Below, in pieces: positions 1-11,210 of a stretch of DNA of 64,000 nucleotides (position 1 is its first letter; the number at the start of each line of letters is the position of its first letter). The position numbers and the translations under genes were made by a program. The stretch is from Phoronis australis (lineage: Eukaryota > Animalia > Phoronida): contig NMRA01000002.1 in the NCBI GenBank assembly GCA_002633005.1, positions 951,278 through 1,015,277 on the forward strand, read 5' to 3'. The notes under the pieces were generated by a model. It was not told the origin of the DNA. It saw only the letters and a program-made list of their open reading frames with translations, and made no database searches.

Positions 1-1074
1 CCTTAAGTAAAGCAGACATTTAGAAGCAATCAAATGTGAGAAAAAATCCGCAGGAACCTGTCGTTTTTCGTTACGTATAACGAAGTTTGTATCGATAATT
101 CGCAAAAAACGAACGGTTGCTAAATCCTGAGATAACGTGAACGAATTCATTGTACATTCTAATAATTATTCTAAGTTTACAGGCGTCAAACCAAAAAATG
201 CATTCCGAGAACATGGCTTACTTGATCTGGTACAGCTACGTGTGCGTTTCACAATACTTGCAGCCAAACGTTCAGTGCCTTCTTGCTTCGATGACTAAGA
301 TGACTGAGGGTATCAGCAGGGAAAATATAACGTCGAGAAAAATGTTTAATCGTTCATCTAAAATTCAAAGTAAAATGATATGATTCATGATTGGTTCAAA
401 GGTGTTCGCTTGGTACGAGTGATGTTCCAAATACCAGCAAATCTAAAAATGCCCAAGGCATTTACTGTTCTTAAAAATTAAACATTTTGCTAATTGATCG
501 TTCAAATAAGGCGTACAGTGAAGTCAGATGCGAGTGGCCCCAGTGGAGGCAAGATGCACATGTATTGCATGGCTTTGTTTCTAGTGCACTAATATTCCGT
601 TACAAAAGACGAGGTCGGATGTGAAGGTAATTTCGTTGCACAACCTGGAATCAAAATATTTAGCAATGTGCACGAGAGCGTCGCATAGACTTTACAGACA
701 GTGTGTCAAAGGAGCTTGGTACAGGCACCGACACCGTGGAACTACTGTAGTATTTTGAAATATCTTGAATACCTAATCAGTTGCCAACCTGTATCTTTAC
801 ACAATAACAATAAAAGGACCATTAGTCAAGGCGTTGACTGACTTATGACCGAGGTCCGGGTAATAAATTTTCTCCAACGTTTAATTAAATAACAATGAAC
901 AATACATCTTCTCGCGTAACGAAGTGAGTTTATTAAGATGTATATGAATACAATAAGTGTTCATTATAAGTGAACAGTCACGAGTTGCTTGAGAAATTCA
1001 TCGGAAACCAAACCCTTTATTGCACACTGCAATAATAAGCTACAGAATTTAATAACCCATATACGAAATGTCTT

Positions 1075-1270
1075 TGTCATCGTCGTCATCATCTTCATCT
1101 TTACCATTATTGTCATAACCGTCATGACTATCATCATCATCACTGACGTCAGTGATCTTCAATCAGTATCACCATCGTCATCATTAACTTCATGACAACC
1201 ATCACGTCTTCATCATCACCATCAACAGCGTCGTCGGCTTCGTTGTTGCCATCATCGCTGTCAGCATCAC
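1075..1270. repeat. Degenerate (CAT/CGT)n trinucleotide low-complexity tract
   Basis: Runs such as gtcatcgtcgtcatcatcttcatc and catcatcaccatc; explains the Ile/Val-rich spurious ORF 989-1195. Confidence 0.8.
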
Positions 1271-2354
1271 AAAAACATGCATATATACATATACACTGTA
1301 CTTTATACGTTGTTCACAAATTGCTTTAGTCTTTTAACCGTTGAAATATTTGAAACTACAAAACTTGATAAAATGCACTGATTTCATGAAACTGCCATCA
1401 GGTGATGATGTAATAACATAATTTCTAAAGTGTACTTATGTATATACTCAAACATCAGGTCTATTTGGAATGGCGTCAAAAATGCAATGTATATCTTGAA
1501 TCTTAAGTGAAAAGTATGTATTCCAACAAAACAATTTCATCTTCAAGTCGCTTTTGGATTTGTTGAAGTGTTTTCTTTACACCTTGCTGCAGCAAATCAA
1601 TTGATTCATTCACGCTTATGACAGATAACTATACTGAAACCTGGCGCATGCGTAAAAGTGAAGCTCTGGCAAGCGTTCACTTAATATACCTCGCAAAGTT
1701 AGTATATAAAGTATCTGAAAAGAGCGAGCACTTAGAAAGAGGGTTTGTCTTAATGAGAAAGAGAAAGGAAGAAATGATTTTCTATGACAGCAGATAGCGT
1801 CCTCAATATTGAAGAACAGTTGGTTAGTCACTGGTTCTGACGAACGTAAGTTTATTCCTAAAAACCATAGGAAACATTTTCTTTGTTCGCGAAAGTTTGG
1901 TCCTTCCAGTTTTTACGTTACCGTAGTAGTTTCTGCCAACAAAATGCGATATTCTATGATTTAACTAAATGAGAAAACTTGTAGTACATTTCCAAAATCT
2001 GGAAAACCAATATTCGGACGCCAAGGTATTGAATTGTAGAGGCTAATTTTAACTATTGGCTATCATATATGAAAAAGAGTTTCCGATTTATTTACTATTG
2101 TGAAAATTAACAGGCTGCGTCTTATCCGTTCATATTGATATCTTTCTGAAAATCGCCGGACGAACATGTTCATTTGGCATTGTAGAAATGACCCGGAAAA
2201 AGGTCATTTTCCTTCATACACCACAGCTAACTTAAAAATGTCCGTAGGACCTGCAGCTGGGGATCAAATGCTAGTGGTCTACTAAGCTGGATATGCACTT
2301 TGCAAACTTTCACCTATGTTTCTCTTCTTCTTTGATTTTTAGCGCATAGAAGCC

Positions 2355-2724
2355 ATGGACAAAAACGAAACCGCCATCGAGGAGGGCATGGACAAAATGG
2401 CCTTCTGCCTGAACACAAGTAACTTTACAGGGTGTGAATTGCCTCTCCTTATGTTGGGGTTTACTCCAACATGGGAGATCGCCGTCATGGCGGTCCTCCA
2501 CGCGGTTGTCATGGCAGTGGCTATTGCCGGAAACACTATGGTGATTCTAGTCGTGGCCAAAAACCAACGAATGCGAACAACCACTAACTTTTATCTCGTC
2601 AATCTAGCTTTCTGTGATTTGTGTGTGACATTGACGAGTACGTGGATGAACTTTGTGGACTTCGTGAATAATCGTACTTGGGTGTTGGGAGGATTCTTGT
2701 GCAAGGCGTTCGTTTTTTTTCAAG
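2355..2724 (+). CDS. Class A (rhodopsin-like) neuropeptide GPCR, coding exon 1 (N-terminus, TM1, TM2, ECL1, start of TM3)
   Basis: Translation has GN in TM1, MRTTTNFYLVNLAFCD in TM2 and WVLGGFLCK at ECL1/TM3, plus N-terminal sequons NET/NTS/NFT. A polypyrimidine tract and AG acceptor at 2341-2342 precede the ATG (gccATGg). Phase-1 donor CAAG|GTAAGA at 2724/2725. Confidence 0.93.
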
Positions 2725-2891
2725 GTAAGAACTTCCGCTCCTTCTTGTATGTGTATTTCATTCTGCCAATCATAGTACAAAAGTATTTTTCCTAACTGAA
2801 TTAAAGGAACCTTATCGTCTTTACGCCTAACAACACATTTTCGAATTATTTGTGTATGTCATACTTGTGAAGTTATGAGTTTTAACCAGAG

Positions 2892-3004
2892 CGTGCGCGC
2901 ACCCAGGGGTTGGGCTCGGGGGCTCGAACTACTATTTTGTTAGTAAAAGGTCCACATCGCCTGGAATTCGAGACCCCCCATATTGAAGGCTGGGTGCGCG
3001 CATG
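2892..3004. mobile_element. 113-bp MITE with terminal inverted repeats and 5-bp target-site duplication
   Basis: Ends cgtgcgcgcacccag ... ctgggtgcgcgcatg; cagag directly flanks both sides (2887-2891 and 3005-3009). Confidence 0.75.
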
Positions 3005-3594
3005 CAGAGCCATAAAACAAGAAAGTCCGTTGTGTTTTTGTGGTTTTACTACAAATCGACAACCTATCGCACCCTCCGCACACTTTCGAAATGTCTAAAA
3101 AACAATCCGGCAACGTGTTGCTCGTCGGGTAAAATGGCGGCTTGGAAATGAATGTGTCAAGAATGCTGCGTTTTGATTGGTCAGTTAAGCCGTCATTTAA
3201 AATCCTGGCGATAGGTCAATTGTTGTTTATCAAACATTTGTTGAAATCGAGGGCGGTGCCGTTACTAGGTACGCTTAAAGCACAATGCAATTTATCGATT
3301 GCAATTTTGAACCATTGATGGAGCGTTTGGTACATAGTCTAAGCCCAAGGTACGTTTTTACTCGAAGGGTCCGGGCTAATATAATACCTGTCATTACATT
3401 CTGTAATACACGCCAACTATTCAATGCTTTTACAGGGCCTTGTTAAAACCACCAGCCTTTTCGATATCGAGTACTTTGGCGATAATTAGTCAAACAGTTT
3501 TCCATTTAATTTAATCGTAATTTAAACGGAATATACAAGAAAACAGTAATGAACACAAACTGAGTGTCGGCGTCGCCACCGTCCTTATTAGAAT

Positions 3595-3758
3595 TAAAAT
3601 GTCTTTACTGTATTCAGCACATGAATCATTATCAAATTCAAGATTTTCTGATTGGTCAATTAAGATCTTCACCATTATCATTTTTGAAATGTCTTTACTG
3701 TATTCAGCACTTAAAATATTATCTAATTCTTGTAACATTTCCCGATTGGCCCTTTAAG
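3595..3758. repeat. Diverged two-copy tandem duplication (~89-bp period)
   Basis: aaatgtctttactgtattcagcac followed by ...gattgg...ttaaga occurs twice. Confidence 0.7.
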
Positions 3759-4784
3759 AACAGTGAGTTCGGCTCTCACAGAAGACAGCATGCTATCTGA
3801 AGCAAGCAATTCAAAATAATAATAAATTTGTGCGAAACATTCTACAACATGTATTGCTAAATGACAGTGACCACGTGACCACTAGTGCTTACAGTAAAGA
3901 GCTTAGACAGTCCATTATTATATACTGATCCAACTACACAAGCGCGTGTTTAAATGAGAAGCAAAAATTGTCTTGATGTTCCGCCGTGGGGCTTGCCGCA
4001 TGACTTTATTGTTCTTCAAGCTTTGTCGGCCTCAAGATATCCGTTTATCTAACAAAAATTTTCTATTCCTAGGATATTATCGATTATTGTCTAATAATAA
4101 ATATAATGATGTCTGACAATTCGTTCAACCATTTATTCATTAAATGTAATGAGAACATTCACAAAATATGCATTTAAATTACGCTAAACCCGGTAATCTG
4201 AGAGTCATTCGTGAATCACAGTTGTTCGCTTCGATGAACCATGACTTTACAACATCTCTGGAATTCTAAATTCTAAATGCTTTAGTGTAAAACGAAAGAC
4301 AGTTATAGCAACAATTTTAGTAGACTTTAATGCATTTCATATAGAGGAAATAGCACCAAGGTGTGATTAGTTCTGCAAGAGGGTTTTATTTGCTTCAAAG
4401 TGGGTTTCTAAACTGCCATGAAATTCGAATAAGAAAGTCGCGTTTCAAAACCTACTACCAGTGAGAAAGAAATTTGCAAAAAAAAAGAAACTACTCGAGG
4501 CAAATGCCTTGCTAACATAGCGGACGGTGCTTGGACGTACCCGCCGATGGAGTTCTCTACCGATAACTGGCATGACGGGGTATTTTTCATCGGGCCAGTA
4601 TTAGTGCTCGATAGTTAGCCAATAAGTCCACTTATTTTCAACAACGCAAACCCATTGGATCGGTTTTTTAAGACCTTGGTCACATGACTCTGAAAAGCTT
4701 TTTGTGGCCGAGACACTACAGAACCGGAAGTGACGTAGTTTAAAGGTTTTCAAAAACGCAAAAAGTACCCAGATATCAAGTTAT

Positions 4785-5779
4785 TAAAACCGACGGTTAC
4801 AGAACTGCGATCAATGAAGTGTTTATATTTACCTTGCTTTAAATCAAAAATCTTGGCGTCAACAAACGCTTCAATTGCTTTGAACTCCCGTTTTAAAAAT
4901 GTATACTATTTGATGTAATGCTCGACTTTGTCGACATTTTATAAGTACGGAAATACGCGTCATTGTTGCTGGAGTGCTTCGTTCTGTTTTCACAGTGAAC
5001 CAAGACTAACTTCACCTGCGCTCGAACCACAGTACACAAGGTTGAAATTCGCGTCAACTTCTCTCAGGTCTTTCAGTATTTTAATATTAAAATACCTGAA
5101 CGACTCCATGCTGGTGAATTTTGCCAGGAAAAACGTGATATGCTTAAAGTAATGACATCAATGTGCCTTCGTAAATAACATTTTTCAAAACATTTTTCGT
5201 GAAGGTTTCACATAAATAACTTTGATGTTATTTTCGTTTTGCCTTTTGAACTCTTCTTCATTATAAGAAAAGGGATACCTCNTAAAACCGACGGTTACAG
5301 AACTGCGATCAATGAAGTGTTTATATTTACCTTGCTTTAAATCAAAAATCTTGGCGTCAACAAACGCTTCAATTGCTTTGAACTCCCGTCTTAAAAATGT
5401 ATACTATTTGATGTAATGCTCGACTTTGTCGACGTTTTATAAGTACGGAAATACGCGTCATTGTTGCTGGAGTGCTTTGTTCTGTTTTCACCGTGAACCA
5501 AGACTAACTTCACCTGCGCTCGAACCACAGTACACAAGGTTGAAATTCGCGTCAACTTCTCTCAGGTCTTTCAGTATTTTAATATTAAAATACCTGAACG
5601 ACTCCATGCTGGTGAATTTTGCCAGGAAAAACGTGATATGCTTAAAGTAATGACATCAATGTGCCTTCGTAAATAACATTTTTCAAAACATTTTTCGTGA
5701 AGGTTTCACATAAATAACTTTGATGTTATTTTCGTTTTGCCTTTTGAACTCTTCTTCATTATAAGAAAAGGGATACCTC
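4785..5779. repeat. 497-bp near-identical tandem duplication split by a single N (likely unmerged allelic contig ends)
   Basis: 4785-5281 vs 5283-5779 with N at 5282; about 4 substitutions seen. Confidence 0.9.
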
Positions 5780-6233
5780 AGGCATTGCTCTTGCCTCAAG
5801 TTATATAGAATTGTGATTTTTCAAGGTTTTCTGGATGCATATGTTTACGACAATCGTTCAAATCCAGGCATGCTCACTGATGCCCACACCTGCTTCCGCT
5901 TATAGAACGGTAGTAGTGAATTCTTTCCCACTTGCTGTGCAACATTCAGCGACCAATACAAGTGTCCGCGTTGTCGAGCTAAACATAAGCAGCACGTGCA
6001 CTTACTAGAGCAATAAAACTGTAGACGACGTTTCTCTTGTCTTTTTTGTCGAATTGGGAATTGCCGGTGCCGCAAAAACACGAAAATACCAGTTATTTTC
6101 TCTGTTTAGTCGAACGGGAAAATAAGGCTACATCGCGTGGGAAATTACAACAGTAAGCTATATGATATGTCAATTTCGCCGTGTGTCAAAAAGCGGGGCA
6201 TTTTGATGGTGGCGGGAATCTGCTTTAGCTAGA

Positions 6234-6380
6234 GTGCGTTCAGTAACGCTAGGACCTACGGTAGGTCCTAGTTAAAATCTAGCCAAAGTCACGTGATCTC
6301 ATTTAGAATACACGGCAATATCTCACGTAATCTCGCGAAGTCTTGCATTTTAGCGAGATCCTAGCGTTACTGAAGGGGAG
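6234..6380 (+). mobile_element. 147-bp MITE, copy 1
   Basis: TIRs ttcagtaacgctagga / tcctagcgttactgaa; a same-length inverted copy lies at 40634-40780. Confidence 0.85.
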
Positions 6381-6639
6381 TCCGGTTTACGCTAGACATG
6401 GGATGTTGGATGTCATTCTTATAGTTATTTCTCCGTACACGATTGTGATGGAAGTAATACCACAAAGTACATGCACGCACATCGTGCCTTTATTACCATA
6501 CCCCAACAAATTCACATGTACAGGACTTTTCCTGAATGTACGTTTCACGTGTTAAGCTGCAGTGAACAAAGTCTCAATCAAATTAGTTTGGTGCTATTTC
6601 TATGATAGTAGAGCATGGAATCGATTGCTGTACAAACAG

Positions 6640-7010
6640 AATGTAGCAAAGAGAAAGCGCAATGGCATTGACATGAAGAATACAGGAGCTTCTGCGGAAT
6701 AGGTCTCACACAGTTTTCGACCTCAGCAAATAAATGTGCTGGCCCACTGGGTCAGTTACTTGAATATGAGACCACATCCACATAGGACCTATACGTGACA
6801 GTTTACTGGCCGTAAATCCACTGGTACCGGGCCACCGTGTATTTCGAACGCTGGTCTCACACTGTGTTGTCTTCCAGCAATTGGCAGCAAATGAAGTCTA
6901 ACCTCACGCCTGATGAGTGGAATGAACATATACACTGTTTATTTCGCTCTATATTTGATCATTCCACTTATTGCTTGATGATGTGACATGAAGTCACGAA
7001 ATATAGCTAC
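6640..7010 (+). mobile_element. Possible Penelope-like retroelement remnant ending in a minimal hammerhead-like motif
   Basis: Decayed frame ...KNTGASAE*VSHSFRPQQINVLA...SYLNMR loosely resembles the C-terminal part of PLE GIY-YIG. 6975-7010 reads TTGATGA-T-GTGAC-atgaa-GTCAC-GAAATATAGC. Confidence 0.4.
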
Positions 7011-7679
7011 TGTTTTGTTTGTTTGTTATGTCTCTCGGTTTGTTACTTCATACCTACAACACACCAGAAGAAAGGAGACTGTTCCGAAATTACGAACGCA
7101 CCAGTATCAACCTTGTTAACAAAAATCTGGTCGTGTCTTTAACGAAGTTTGTGTAAACGAAGGGCTACTACCGAACCATACTGATTTGTGGGTACAACGA
7201 AACAACAGGTTTGTTTTTCAATTTTTCAGGTTTTTAACTCCTTCAAGGTGCGCTTTGTTGGTCATTTCAAACCTGTTGCATGTGCAGTTGTGACTTACAA
7301 GAAGAAAAAGCTCAATACTTTTATTACTACGAAACGTGATAAGGTAAAATACTTACAAAAATGATAAATTATCTACATCAAAACTAAGCAACTAATTTAT
7401 TTTTTAGAAAACTGTCTCTGGCTCGTTAGTGGACTGGGCGGCAACTCTGGCCGCTTCACACAGTCTTCGTCCTCTCTTCCTGCCCAGTGGCTGATCTAGG
7501 ATACCATAAGTAGTGGAGGCCCAACATGTTGCCTCGGGGAATTGGGCAAAGCGCGAAAGTTGCGGAGGTCGGCGATGTGAATCTTTTGTTTAGAAAATCT
7601 ATCGGTGGACCAAAAAAACGGGAACACAATTCCGCGCTATATGGGGCCTGAGCCCCCTTCATCCGCCAGAGGGCCTAGT

Positions 7680-7786
7680 TACTGAACTCAATATTTCCTC
7701 CCGCTTCACGCTACTGCTGTTTCATTTTGCTTGCGGCAGCTAAAGGGGGAGGGGCTGCTCCCCCCCCTCCCCTAAATCCGCCTATG
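7680..7786 (-). mobile_element. GC-rich non-autonomous element end, related to 32307-32412
   Basis: Reverse complement cataggcggatttaggg...gctgccgca...ggaaatattgagtt matches the + copy at 32307-32412. Confidence 0.65.
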
Positions 7787-10194
7787 CTGTCGCCAGCGTT
7801 TCCGAGCCTGGTGCCTGTCTCTTTCACTATAAAGCTTGCATTAGCATTACTGTGCTCCTTGATCACAATCCCTGAAATAAAACAACGCCTGCTTAGTTTC
7901 CTAGAGTACAATCTCAACTATACATTTTCCAGATAAGTTATGCATACTAAGAACTACCTAATCACACTCTACACAATCTTATTTGAAATGCATAATCTGC
8001 AAGATATATGTTTCATCCTTTGTCAACACAAGTATTACAGCCGGTTGTAGGTCGTCAGTTTTTTGTAAGAAGTATTTACAGAAGCGACTTTTTATTCATT
8101 CCATTTCTTCCCAAAATGTCTATTTCGTTACCATTTTAAGATTCCTAAAAATACTTGACAATCTGTCACAAAATGTTTTATGAGCATCGATTAACTGTGA
8201 TTTGCTGTGTGTTTACACACAATTGACACTGATGTGGCCTTTTTAGCTTCGTCCCCAAATCTTAAGAGGACGCTGATCGGTTTAGCCATTTGAGGCTTGG
8301 TTATGGGAATTACCTTCTGCTCAATGATTGACCGATGCCTTGACGTCATTAAAACAAAGGCAGATTGTAATTATTTTCACATTGCAGCCAACTATGCGAC
8401 ATAAGGCATTGTTATTAATAGTTATTGTCTGAAATAAAGGTTGAATGTATTTATTTTCAATTCTTATTTATGAATGGAATTAATCTGTTTTCGAATCAAA
8501 ATACATCATTTTTGCAATAATTTAGACGTAAATTGCTGCAATATACCGTTAGTTTTCATTTTTATATAAAACGGCAGATAAATTCGAAATTACTCGTGAT
8601 ATTCCGGCCATTTCATTTCGAGTCCCATAACCAAGCCACAAATGGCTTAACTGATCAGCGCCATCTTGATCGAGGCTTGGAGACGATGCTGTGTGCCGCT
8701 TATATTGTACGATGCCACGCGTGCAAAAGGTCAGCAATGTTGTCGATGAAGTAAACACAGCAACAAAATGGGGATTGTTTACGTTTCATAAGATCACCAA
8801 TAGCCCGCATTGTTTTGGATTTTGATATTTGGGCGTATGGAATTTCGTTTCGAAACGAGTAAAATGAGATAGAACATGTAAAATGGGCATGTAATAAATA
8901 GATAGAAGTTCATAACCATCTTCAAAGTCCCACGTCAGTTTCGGAGGTCGAATTCAAACTTAAAGAAAACAACTTTTCATGGGAGAAACGGGTCGCAGAA
9001 GCAAATTTTGAACCCCACTCGATCCCTAGAACAGCTATGTAAACTCGGTGTACTTAAGTTATTTAATGGAGAAAGTTCCAAAAAGAGTTACGCAAATAAA
9101 AAATCAATCAAAGAGGAATCCTCCCAGCCACACACGTTTAGAACAGGCAGGTAGCACCTTTATAACCGTCAGGGTCTATGTCTCAGCCTCGCAATGTTCT
9201 CAACTTTTCTATACTAGCTGGTGTTTCATGAAAACTCATGATCAGGAGATATTTTCAACTGCTTAGCCAGAAATTTTCTTTTTTATCATACTTTAAAAAA
9301 GTCAAATAGAGTCATGCTGGCGCGAAACCGGCGAATATAAACCTCGATCACCAATGAGGTCACTCACTGGGTTACATAATAAAATATAAAGATTGGACTA
9401 CAAACATTGGCTTGCTCAGAATTTTTCTACTCAAATGTGAATGGAACTTAACGAAATCAGCTCCAAACAAATTTTTGAATACTTTCTTTCACTTTATCAT
9501 ATTAAACTGTCATCATCAAGTGGCGATTTGCAAACAAAAATGTTGAAACCCATCAAGGTTATTTTTTGACATTCATGGCAGACGACCTTCGGATTTTTCA
9601 TAGACAGTACCGAAGCAATTCCGAAGCTCTGTTTTAGCCCGCCCACGAAAGCTAGTTGAGTGTCTTTTACATGATTTAATTTCGGTATGAATGTATTTAA
9701 ACTATGGGTTTGTAAAATAACCATGTTTAAAACCGAAGAATCACTAACTTAGGATTGTTGCGAAAACCGGCAGTTGCCGATAGCTTAGTTCCTGCAACTA
9801 AACATATGGTCTGACGTCAGAAATCTCCTCAAAAGCCAAATGTGCGTTGCGCTTCAAACAAGAGTAGTCCAAAATGTCAAGATCAAACACAAGAAATGTT
9901 CTTGCATTTAAATTCTAGTGAGTGATAAAATGAGCCATAAGTTGAAGCAATTACATGTAAATGGAAGTCTAAATTGCAGACAAATTTCTTGATTTTGACA
10001 CAGAGGTTGTTTGCACAAACTCAATATCTTATCTTCGACAGGCGTACAAGATAAAGCACAAGTGAAATCCGCCATGTTCACTATTTAGCCTCCTTGAATT
10101 CAGAGTTTTTTGTTTGTTTTTGGAAACTCCGTAACCTATTCACCATTCTCAACTTGGACAATTCAATGGGATCAAGGAAAAAAAGCTTCTGATG

Positions 10195-10254
10195 TTTATG
10201 CAGGGATATTCCTGGATGCTTATTTGTGTTATTAGTGCATACAAAGGGGCACAT
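10195..10254 (-). pseudogene. Degenerate THAP zinc-finger N-terminal fragment (transposon-derived)
   Basis: MCPFVCTNNTNKHPGISLHK fits the THAP start C-x3-C-x-N...GISLH; FP and W appear only in shifted frames downstream. Confidence 0.4.
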
Positions 10255-10437
10255 GTACACTGCAGTAGGACATCCCCGCAGGTGCATTTTTTAAAACGAA
10301 CTCTTCCAAAAATGCAAAATTCTGTTAGTCAACTTACGGCCGTACAACTTACGGGTAATGTATAGGTTGCAGATTTCCTTAAAATGAACGAACAGGCCGT
10401 TAACATTTTTCCAATATTTGATAGTAAATTACCATTC

Positions 10438-10692
10438 TTTGTAAGAAAGTCGCAGACAAAGAACAAAAATGTTCACAAAAAGCCCAAACACACTTCCATC
10501 TTGGACGGCTCGAGGTCAAGGACGGTACGGAAATTACCGATGAATTACGGATGGACGGCGATATCGACATCGTGACTTTACGCGACAAACTGGCAATTTC
10601 CGTACCGTCCTTGACCTCGAGCCGTCCAAGATGGAAGTGTGTTTGGGCTTTTTGTGAACATTTTTGTTCTTTGACTGCGACTTTCTTACAAA
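10438..10692. repeat. 255-bp hairpin with ~98-bp near-perfect inverted arms
   Basis: 10438-10535 is the reverse complement of 10595-10692 with about 1 mismatch; the same peptide appears on both strands in the ORF track. Confidence 0.9.
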
Positions 10693-10964
10693 ATCGTCGG
10701 AACAGGACACCGTGAATGGTATTGGAAGAAAGAAAAATTGCCAATGGTTTGTTGAAATCTTGTTTTGTGTAAATTTATTGAGTTTTATGTTAGCTATGGA
10801 GGGCTGAAATGAAGCACCCGTGGAATTTCTAGTCGGGAGTGTCATACCTTGTGATATTATATGTAGTGTATTGGGGACGATCAGAAGCTGAGGACGCCTG
10901 TGATCGTACCCAATAGACTATAAATATATACAAGGTATGACCCTCAGAGGTTCACTAGTTCAAT

Positions 10965-11210
10965 ACAGCTGTCCATGTCAAACACAAAACTCAATAAATT
11001 TACACAAAACAGAGGTTCAGCAAACCACGAGCAATTGTTCTTTCGTCTGATAGCGTTTACAGTGTCCTGCCCTGGAGAGCGGTCGAAGCACAAAATTTTG
11101 TCCAAAAGCAGATGCGTACTGTCAATGTGTCCTACGCGAGTCGATACGGAACTATCCGATGACTTACGGAAGGACGGTAATGGGGCTATTCGACGCGTTG
11201 TCGCTACTGT
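10965..11210 (-). repeat. Dispersed repeat, inverted copy of the family at 10650-10857 and 13820-14155
   Basis: Shared blocks aaactcaataaatttacacaaaac, tactgtcaatgt and aatggggctattcgac. Confidence 0.75.

Noticed and set aside
5331-5607. Minus-strand frame with VYCGSSAGE as a Mab-21/cGAS-like nucleotidyltransferase relic
   Set aside because: Four stops in ~92 codons, which is near random expectation, and no downstream acidic catalytic motif.
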